Of a DNA stretch of 59,464 nt, positions 23,781 through 59,464 are shown in pieces. The DNA is from Priapulus caudatus (taxonomy: Eukaryota). The notes below the pieces were generated by a model. The model ran no database searches and was not told the DNA's origin. It saw only the letters and a list, made by a program, of their open reading frames with translations. The position numbers and the translations under genes are program-made. The stretch covers positions 1,560,419-1,619,882 of the forward strand of contig NW_014577078.1 in NCBI RefSeq assembly GCF_000485595.1, read 5' to 3'. Numbering within the stretch: position 1 is the stretch's first letter; each line of letters starts with the position of its first letter.

Positions 23781-23928
23781 TTATTGTAAGGCATCCGCTT
23801 GCTTCTTAATGCCGTACGCAGTTCCCTGGTCCTCTACTATTATGGCGTTTGTGTCCTTTATACGAAGCCAGTCAGAAGTCGTTTTCTTCCTATGTCGCTC
23901 CTGCTGTGCTTCTGCTGCTTCCTTAAAT
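23781..23928 (-). CDS. Candidate alternative terminal exon of the DPP gene
   Basis: Phase-compatible with the CG|GTAAGC donor at the end of the His exon; reads FKEAAEAQQERHRKKTTSDWLRIKDTNAIIVEDQGTAYGIKKQADALQ*. The acceptor is weak. Confidence 0.35.
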
Positions 23929-24224
23929 CTTAACCACCCCACCATACAAAGAAATATGTTAGGCTGTGATCATTATATCGAAGCCATACTCGCCGGCACT
24001 CTATGATCAGCTATAGCATAGCTGCATTGTGTGAACCATGTATCTCGCGCAGATTCTGACTACAATCCAACTGATATCGTATACAGTTTTTAGATAAAAC
24101 GATGTGCATTATTCTCTGCATTTGTCATATAAAAATGCTCAATGTCCTATTGTGTAGTTTTGTTATAACACTCTGTGATTATTCCTGTTATGTTAGCGGA
24201 AGTTAGATCCAGGCTTGGACCGCT

Positions 24225-24755
24225 TACTTATTGCAGGTGACGTATGCCGGGAGTAACCCTTTGATTTGGAGGTTGTTGTATGGCGGGGAATGACCCCTTG
24301 CTTACTAGATTAGAGTGTATCGGAAGTGACGTTTATTACTAGGGTTGAAGTGTATCGGGAAGTGACCCCTTGCTCCCTAGGGTTGGAGTGTATCTAGAGT
24401 GTCCGCTTGCTCACTAGGGTTGATGTGTATTGGGAGTGCCTCCTTGCTTACTATGGTAGAAATTTATCGGGGAGTGACGTCTTGGTTACTATATTTGAAG
24501 TGTCTAGGGGAGTGACCCCTTGCTTACTAGGAGTGAAGTGCATTGGGAAGTTACCTCTTGCTTACTATGGTTGAAGTGTCTCGGGGAGTGATGCCTCGCT
24601 CACTTTGTTGAAGTGTTTCGGGGAGTGACGCCGTGGTTACTAGGGTTAAAGTATATCGGGGAGTGATCGCTTACTAGCATTGAATTGTAGCAGGAGTGAA
24701 CCCTTCCATACTGGGTTTGAAGTGTATCGGGAGTTAACTCTCGTTTACTAGAAGT
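24225..24755. repeat. ~38-bp degenerate minisatellite just downstream of the DPP His exon
   Basis: Approximate unit cttactagggttgaagtgtatcggggagtgaccccttg, about 13 copies. Confidence 0.85.
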
Positions 24756-24786
24756 AGGCCTACAAGTTCGAGAGCCATCATTGTGC

Positions 24787-49946
<25,160 letters not shown>

Positions 49947-51081
49947 CTGTAAATGCACGTGTGGTACTTTTAAAAATGTGCTGCACAAAAATACTACTTC
50001 GTTGTCGTCTCGTTTCCAACAACTGGTGGCGGCGTCGTGCGTTAGTGTTGTAACAGTAAATGTTAAAAGCGGAAGTGTAGAAATTTAAATGAGTATAGAT
50101 TCATTGAATGTAAAACAAACGTCGTAGACGAGAAGCAGAACTTTATCTAGTTTCACGCTATACGCGGCTCTAACGCAGTCGGGCTTCTGATATTCAAAGA
50201 TTTTATTTCAGATAGCGGTGCTTGAACATTGTGCGAACAAAATACCTGTGCTGTACGAAGAAACTGCGTTCAAGTCGATACAGTTTTATTTTACATGGAT
50301 GCGCGTTGAGAAAATGGAATTCAACACCGAGTTGTAGTTTGCAATCGACGAAATGTGACTGCTGGACACATCAAGCAATTACTCGCAATACACTACACGT
50401 CATTATAAACGCGACGTTGTAGCGGCTGTTAAACTATGCTATTATAATATACGTTTTGGCTTATAAATGATGACTCGCGTGGCGTCGCAGCCTACGGCTT
50501 GGTGTGCTATATGTATTAAACGCGTTGTATTGAAATGTTCGGGATTAAGCGGATTAACGGCTTACAGCAAATGCTGTTATTGTTGGAGAGAAATTGGACT
50601 GCGACGCTAGGAGATCTAGACGTTTTTCCCAAAATATACTTCTCGTCAGTGTCGTTATGGGGCTGGATTTGATACAAGATATCGTCATAAATGACGCGTA
50701 TTTGACGCGACATGATGAAGTAATGACATTGCTCTTTCGCGTCAGGAAATTGATGCCACATCGTCATCTGACAGTATTGTTCTCAATTTTTTTTTCGTTT
50801 CCCGACGTGGGATACGATTGTCGCTGGCGGATATTGAGTTTACGTTCGTATACAGCAGTGAAAACCTTCCGGGTAATGAAAGCATTGCTGTCGATTAGAT
50901 GAAACTCTGAGCTAAACAGTTTCAATGAAAAACGTTGGACGTCAGCCAGTACGCATCTGAACTTTACATCTATCGCATAATTGTTTTGTAATCTTGCTTC
51001 CTATATAACAAAGACATCAATCGTACGTGTGCAATACGTAAGATGCGTTAAATCTATTCTGACATACTTGCACAAATTGTG

Positions 51082-51124
<43 letters not shown>

Positions 51125-52558
51125 GAGAGAGAGAGAGAGCGTAGATCCTGAAATCATAGCTATAGGACGTGCGACTCGAGGTGGTAGAGAGCGGCATATG
51201 TAATGATTATAAAGCTATAATTCTAAAGCTGCAAAACATAACTTTTGTGCCCGTTAGAACAAATAAAGATGTGCAAGCTCATTGTAGTAACGGTTGTTAA
51301 GCGGCGTGCAATACATTTTTTTTCTGAATTAAACGGCGTAATAACCATCACAGATCATTAAAGATATATGTATCATTGGTCTTTTTAATTAAAAGTAAGG
51401 TTTTTAAATTAGCTGCATGTACTGTAGTTTAGAGTAAGTGAACCCAGATATTATATAACAATTATTTGCATCGGTTAACACTGCTACACATGTCTAAGAA
51501 TAAACGTATATTGTTCAACATTTATATTAACAATATCTCAAGAGATACAGCACACATGAAGTATAAACCTCGGCTTCAAAAGCTCTTTAAATATCAGCAT
51601 GGTCCCATATGTCCTTGTTTGCTGTTGTGCAATGGTACCTAGAGGACCCTTCACTAATAGCACAACATGACTACTATAACATGAAAACAAAATTACATGA
51701 CATGCTTCAATGGCCGAAGCGAACACGACAGAAGCCGGAGGATATTCTTTAGGGTACCAGCACTGGTCTTTGAAAGCGGTCTCTACTTGGTGTAATACTT
51801 TTCAGATTACTTTGGGTTGTAGCCAAAGTTGTGAAATGGAAAATAAAGTCCCCTCAGTGTTAAATATTTATGACACCGATAATAACAACAAAAGTGACGC
51901 GCGGCGCGTAGTACAAAATTCGACAGCCATCGCAGCTACGCGAGCATATTTGATGTTATTAACTCCTGCCATTATTGTGGGTTTGCCACTTGCCATGTTT
52001 AACCCCAGTGAGATTGCAAGGCTGTAGACGGAAGCATTGGCTGCTAAATCACCGCTGACGCGGCCTGGGTCCTTTGTAGAGAGCTGCGTCTAGTCATGCC
52101 GCAAGATGCCTGAATTTTTTATCCATTCGTCGGCAGCTTTGAACATAGACTGACATCAATGTCTCTAAGCGATATATTGATTTTTCCTGAGCTAGGGACC
52201 GGTCTAGTCATGTATGTGCACTGCGATTTAATCTAAGTATCACAGAGATCGCAGCCCAAGAAAACGTTGGTGGCTGTGAGTAATTGTCAACTGACGAAAA
52301 TCAGGTTGGAATTTAATTTAATGCGACCGCGCCTTGTGGTATACACATACATTCTGCTACATTTCACCACAAAAAAAACACTGCGAATACTTTCGCTGAA
52401 AAGGCAAATCAGCTAGCTGAAAACCCACGTGCTTAAAAGTTTTCACTACTAATTATTCTTGTTCAAGTCATGCATATAGATAGCATCAACAATCATGCCA
52501 CTACTCTTTGCCACACGAGATATAAAGGTCTCTCTCTCTCTCTCTTCTTTCTCTCTCT

Positions 52559-52601
<43 letters not shown>

Positions 52602-53358
52602 NNNNNNNNNNNNNNNNNNNNNNNNNNNNNNNNNNNNNNNNNNNNNNNNNNNNNNNNNNNNNNNNNNNNNNNNNNNNNNNNNNNNNNNNNNNNNNNNNNN
52701 NNNNNNNNNNNNNNNNNNNNNNNNNNNNNNNNNNNNNNNNNNNNNNNNNNNNNNNNNNNNNNNNNNNNNNNNNNNNNNNNNNNNNNNNNNNNNNNNNNNN
52801 NNNNNNNNNNNNNNNNNNNNNNNNNNNNNNNNNNNNNNNNNNNNNNNNNNNNNNNNNNNNNNNNNNNNNNNNNNNNNNNNNNNNNNNNNNNNNNNNNNNN
52901 NNNNNNNNNNNNNNNNNNNNNNNNNNNNNNNNNNNNNNNNNNNNNNNNNNNNNNNNNNNNNNNNNNNNNNNNNNNNNNNNNNNNNNNNNNNNNNNNNNNN
53001 NNNNNNNNNNNNNNNNNNNNNNNNNNNNNNNNNNNNNNNNNNNNNNNNNNNNNNNNNNNNNNNNNNNNNNNNNNNNNNNNNNNNNNNNNNNNNNNNNNNN
53101 NNNNNNNNNNNNNNNNNNNNNNNNNNNNNNNNNNNNNNNNNNNNNNNNNNNNNNNNNNNNNNNNNNNNNNNNNNNNNNNNNNNNNNNNNNNNNNNNNNNN
53201 NNNNNNNNNNNNNNNNNNNNNNNNNNNNNNNNNNNNNNNNNNNNNNNNNNNNNNNNNNNNNNNNNNNNNNNNNNNNNNNNNNNNNNNNNNNNNNNNNNNN
53301 NNNNNNNNNNNNNNNNNNNNNNNNNNNNNNNNNNNNNNNNNNNNNNNNNNNNNNNNNN

Positions 53359-53418
<60 letters not shown>

Positions 53419-53468
53419 TAGAGAGAGAGAGAGAGAGAGTAGAGTAGAGAGAGAGAGAGAGAGAGTAG

Positions 53469-53530
<62 letters not shown>

Positions 53531-56500
53531 AGAGAGAGACGGGAATATAGATAGATAGAGAGAGAAAGAGGGGGTAAGAAGGAAAATGAGAAAGAAGGCG
53601 AGAGGGGAGAGAAGGCGAGCAAGTGAGTGGCGGTAGAGAGAGTATCGAATTTAGCCAATGGTGACTATTCGTCCAAACGACAGCGATTATTATATTATAC
53701 TATCCATCGTTGGTCCGTCGTTCCTATACATCGTTTTTGCTGGATCATAGATGTGTCTTACATACTTGCGTTTGTTGTAATGTCCTAATGTTTGTGGCTG
53801 CTTCATGACTCGCCATGCCATTTCTTAATTTTTCGCCGATTTGTAGGCAAGCTTATTCACTAAGATTAAACGGATCTAAGTAATCTCAAATATCTCAGCA
53901 ACTAATTATACGTAAAATACAGCATGAATGCTGCACTCTAGGAATACTTGAAGAATTCGCATACTGTACTCGCCAATTAAATATACTAAAAACTAGGCAA
54001 ACGACAATCACTGTACTGGACTAGCTCTTATATAGCACATAGCTGAACTAATATAGCTGGATATGTCGGTTTTGCAGCGTCTATCTGTCACTTGAATAGA
54101 AATGGCAAAAAGTCACATCATATATTATAGAGATCTGCCTTACGCACTGACAATATTCGAATGCACTCGTCCATACACTTACTGATATACTAGTGTTTTA
54201 AATTGGCATACGCCACCATCATTTGAAGAAGAGAATGACTGCATTCCGTATGCCCTGCGGACATGATATCCAGGACTTGATAAAGCTGCATACACTCCTG
54301 ATACACATATACATATTTGATTGACTGCATTGCAGTAAAAGTATACTCTCAACATGGACCTATCCTGATGGCATTTTCGAGTCGCGTCACTAAGCCATGC
54401 CTCTCGTATTAGCATGGTATATGGAACATAGTCATTTTATTGGTACATAGAATATTCGAAATAAAATATTCTCATTATTTTGTAGCATATGCCTAGCATA
54501 GTCAATTGAGTGTTCGATTTGTCGTTGGTAGATGTTTTGGTTAAACATATTCAACGATTTTAACCTATTTAGCGCTTTCTTGCGTGTCAGTTTATAAACC
54601 CTCAATGCAAAAATTGAAAGTATAAAGAATTGTGTGAAGCGCACTCAGGCCATTAAATGTGCTGGTCATAGTCACAAAACAACGCCCATTCGATAGTTAG
54701 ATATCGCCAAAGACCATATTCTCGCACGAGTCATCTTATAGGGGCCTACAGGCGTTGGTGACATATGGGTCTTGTTTGGTACATTGGTACCACGTAGGCC
54801 ATAGAAGTAGTAGATTATAACGTAGGCGATGACGCGCGCCATATAGAGGCGTACAAACTTTTCCTGATTTCCCATGCCTTTACTGGATAAAATTTTTATG
54901 ACCACCCAACTCGCAAATACTATACTATACTACACTACACTACACTATACTATACTCGTGTGGGAGACCGTTTCAGTGCTGCATTCTAGTAATCCTGCAC
55001 CATATACTTACTCTGACCCTTACTATACGTAATTCATGATATGCTATGCTCATGCTGAATCATATTCATGATACACATTTCTTATACTTTATTCCCATGC
55101 ACCCTATATACTCAATTCCACTCATGCCTTATCCCAGTGCCACTAAACCTTCCCATTGCGCCCTGCAACATGTCTGAACATATTCACCCTAGTGGCTTTA
55201 CGGAATAAATTTGTTATCACATCGTATTCGCTATTGCTTTCTGCTTGCCGTCATGGAAGGTTATTTACCGAGCAGGAAAGATTTCCCGTGCGACACCATG
55301 TGATTTCCTTGCAGAGCTGTGAATGTGAATAAATGTTGACCTGCTGTATTAATTGTATTCATTTGGCAGGATCTATCTCGTCATTACTGTGTCCTGGTTC
55401 GACGTCTAAAGAACGTTTTCCCGCTATTTCAACCGTTGTCCCCCGTCTGTCCCGTCAGTATCAGAGACCCCATCGTGAACGATTATATATATATATATAT
55501 AAGATCTACTATATAAGACGGAGACTGCGGGTCATGTTATCTGTAGGGTATAGACACACAGTGAAGCGCTGCATTCAGTAACAACGCTTCTTACGTTGTT
55601 ACTGATACTAACTCGCTCAAGACATAACGTAGCAGTCACATAACCACTAACGTTAATTCTGAACAATTCCATTGACGAAAGAATTATATTGTTAACTACA
55701 GCGATCGTTAGCAACCAATTTCAACAAAAGATGTTATGGGTAGAGAGCTATCGTTCGTAACAAAATAGTAAAGGGATGTTATCCAGTACTGCCCAGCAAT
55801 ACCCAGACGATTTAGGTTCATTATTGAGGAAACCACCTCAATTTGTTGGAATCAAAGGCGAGGTAGACGCAGACATACTTAAGATTGAAACCCCCAAATC
55901 AAAGCAGTAAGGCAATACCAACCTTGCTGATCTGCTGACAACGCATATAAGTAAAAAAAATCTGTAAAATCAGTAATGCGTTTTGTAAGATGAATCGTGA
56001 TCTCGAAAACAAAAAACTTTAATATTTGCATGTAAGAGAGAACGTCACATAGGAGGAGTTTAGACGGTGCGTTGGTCAGGCAGTAAGGAGATGCTTTTCA
56101 TGCACTTTGTCAGCGTTACGTGAACGATTACGAGTAAACAAAAAACACGCGTGCGCGCGGTGTCGTCTGCGCCGTGTAATCGATTCTGCAGCCGCTTACA
56201 ATTCGAACTAACATAGTTTAGTAAATCTATAATGTAATAATATATGGGTTTCTGAAATTGTTTTGCTTCGATGGATGTGAAAAAGAATTTTTATACACTG
56301 AAGACCTACTGAAGTGTGGATGTATCGTCAAGCCAAATCAAAATTAGCGAATTCTTACTCAAAATACAGACTCGCTCATTAACGATCATAATTAGCGCTG
56401 CATAACTAGGCGAGGCGTGTTTAGGAAATGACGTCAAACCGGAAATCGCCGATGTTTGCCGAAGGCGCGCGTCTTGTTGGCAGGTGACGTTTCTAGGGCC

Positions 56501-59415
56501 ATATCTTAAATATACGCGCTTTCTCACATACACAAAATAGCGGAACGCCAGACAATTATTATACTAATGTTTATTTACTTATTATTTACGGGTTCACAAT
56601 AGATATTGCAGATCTTCTTTAAGCACCGACTATATCATCGAGACGAGATAATGCAAAACATGTCGGCTCCGAAGCTTACACTAAATATTTGTTGCAAGAT
56701 TATTCTGCTCTCAGATTTATCTGTTTTATTAATGTGTCTACATAAAAAGTGCATTCAATATATTTAGTTGTGCGCTTGCGTGGATTCTTGAGTTCGCGTG
56801 TATGTGTCCATGTGTGCGTGCGTGTACGCGTCTGTGCCTGCGTGTAGGCGCTGTTATGTGTGGGAGAGGGCACTACTTGGCAATCACTTGCGTGAACATA
56901 AAATATATGGTCGCATACATGCTAAAATATTTCTCCTAAACATACTTAGTTAATATTCACAGCTATACGGAAATTCTAACTTTATCATCTCGTCTACCTG
57001 AAAATATTTATAGAAATGAACGAAACTAAACCCATTATCTTGCTTAATTTATTACCTAATAAAAATTTCAATAAAAAACACATTATATTTGCCGCTTTCA
57101 CTTTTTAGGTGTTAGACAAATTTAAAGCAAGGATATGTCTCTGCTTGCGTCGGAACCTCGCATTAAATTGGCAGTAATTAGAGCTGTATGCACGTGGGTC
57201 CATTTCAGACATAAAAAGCTTGAAATGGCTTATTGAACGGAAAAAATAAATATAAAGGAAACGTCCTCATTCATTTTTAAACATTTATATGATAACGAAA
57301 AACACCGAGGCTGGTCGTATTGTTTGTAATGTGTAATTCTAACGTAACGCTGTGCGACTCGTTGAAAGCTGTCAGTCATGTCAATTTTGCGTGGCTACAA
57401 GTCACCAGGGTGCGTAATGATGAACTTCTATAAAGTAGCGGTGATGCTAACTTGACTAGGCAAAGCTTATTGGATTTGCAGATTTCGTCATTTTTATTGT
57501 TTGCGAATACAATTACAGTCATGTCGTGACTCGTTACAGCAAAACTGCGCACGCTCGTGAGCATGCGCAACTCTGAGTACATGCATCCATCTGCACGTGA
57601 ATTGGATGATTGTGGCAAATTTTTCTCGCATTCATATCGAGTTTTGTTTATTACTAAAAGCAGTAAACCGTTATTTGTCACTTCAAATCAGTAACGCAGG
57701 GATATGAATAACGAATGCTGTTCGACGTAGTGAATATATGTATATTCAACTATACTATAATATATATATACATACATTCACTGGTTAACCTACATTCAGA
57801 AACCAAGTCTAAGCATATATATTAATAAAAAATACCATATCAGTTTCCTTTTTTTTATAGAGATTGAATTTGATATAACTTGTCAAAATGAAAGCGTCCC
57901 AATTTACTGTATTTCCTACATATCGCGGATGAAATCTTGGGTACGGTATGTGTGTCCCCAAGTAATAAAAGTGACATTTAACTGATATATAGAGCGACAT
58001 GTAAGACGATCGGATGCATGCGGATACGAGCTCAACTAATACAAGAATAGCGGAGACGAGAGGTGGATTCCACCCGCTGCAATAATTGACCCACTATATT
58101 CAGCATTTCACTGTGGAAAAAAATGAAAGATAAAATTATTTGACTTAAGGCATTAATTAATGACGATCATATACGCCTGCGCGAAATAAAATTTAGTGGC
58201 GGATTTCTGAACTCGGTCGGATAATTCGCTATCTATTACATTATCCCGAGGGACGGTATGTTTGAAGCGTCTAATAATAGAACGTACAAATTCTCTTTAG
58301 ATTCCCCGGAAACGTTAACATAGACATTGCTTTAGATCGCCTCGCTAGCTGGTCGGGCTGATGTAGTGATAACTTCAGAGTGGTCGTGACGGGCATACAG
58401 TACGTTGTCTAAAACCGTAACGCAGTCCTGACCAATTTTATTTTTGGTTTAATCGTGAAACTTTCCTACATATTAGTCGTGCTAACATTTTGTAATGGCA
58501 ATCATGGCACGTTTGATGTAGGCCTAGTATTTAGGGGTCCTTATTTATATATTCAATATATAATGGATAATTAGTGACGCTAAAATTTTGTCAGTGGTAT
58601 TGAGGCGCATCACGCTGCTTGTATAGTAAAATTTTTGCTATAGAATAAACCGTAAATTATTTACTGGATCTATGGATAAGCCTTATTAAGATAAGCTTCG
58701 TGTGAATGAGTTCATATAATTTTATTTTATTGTCCGGAACCTAGAACACGTGGATAGGAAATGATACACTGAAAAGACTAATATCTGGCAATTATACACA
58801 ATTAAAAACAGCAACTGTCTTCGGCGACGACCCATGTAGCGATTACCCGTATCTTACGGTGTGTCGTCTATAGTTCTGATCTGCCTCTGCGTGTCGGCCC
58901 TGAAACCACGTCCATGATTCGCGATGCAGTATAGCGAGTGTTCTCTCCTAGGAAGAAGCGTCATTACGATCGTGGCACCTAATTAGCTACGTGCCACTGT
59001 ATAGTCAATGGGACGTGAGAGCATAACTAGCCCTGTTCTCCGGACGCGCTTAAAGAAGATCGCATTAGTGGGTCTCAGAGAGAGAGGAAGGTTATGAGGG
59101 GCACTCGTCTGGCGTCTCGGACGTGGTCGCTATTGGCGGGAATAGTAATAGTCAGTACATTATATCCAAGGCGTTGAAATCGCTCTGTTGAAACCCGAAC
59201 GACATTAGAGTGTTCAGTAAATACAAACCGCTAACATCCGTGTGTTCCGACTCGTTCTCACTTATAGAAATGACTGAGCGACCGCACGAAAAAACAACGG
59301 TAGAGGGCTCATTGTAAGGCTAAATGATATTAGATATGCCGCAGTGTTCCGTAGTTCGATCGCCTGCTTCCACTCTCTCTCCTTCTCTCCCGACCTCCCT
59401 CCTCCCTCACTCCCC

Positions 59416-59464
<49 letters not shown>

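Noticed and set aside
54955..54985. TGGGAGACCG resembling the 5S rRNA internal promoter
   Set aside because: Only about 10 nt match; no surrounding 5S similarity.
56429..56450. CRE (TGACGTCA) next to an ETS-like CCGGAA as a DPP promoter
   Set aside because: Short motifs expected by chance; the first exon is not located, so there is no positional support.

Overview
Animal (invertebrate-type) nuclear genomic DNA: AT-rich introns, GT-AG splicing, many micro/minisatellites, five N-gaps. It holds two convergent multi-exon genes. (1) Plus strand, 340-15580: an apparently complete DLK/LZK/Wallenda-type MAP3K (MAP3K12/13 family). I reconstruct 15 phase-consistent coding exons, 3027 nt (1008 aa + stop). 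(2) Minus strand, about 49946 down to 24787: a DPP4-family (S9B) type II membrane peptidase with a DPP6/DPP10-like anchor. Its Ser-Asp-His triad is intact, but the oxyanion-hole Tyr appears to be Ser. The first exon and at least two internal exons are not visible, and a ~2.9 kb block is duplicated and displaced, probably a gap-filling artefact. Most notable non-genic signals: five 28-45 bp fold-back palindromes, four with 17-18 nt arms and most with 7-bp direct flanks, resembling P-superfamily excision footprints; a non-autonomous Helitron carrying a tRNA-Arg(CCT)-derived Pol III cassette; a duplicated leucine-zipper exon with an in-frame TGA (candidate poison exon); and a 34-bp minisatellite apparently seeded by the kinase stop-codon region. 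Family assignments come from motif recognition only; no database search was run.
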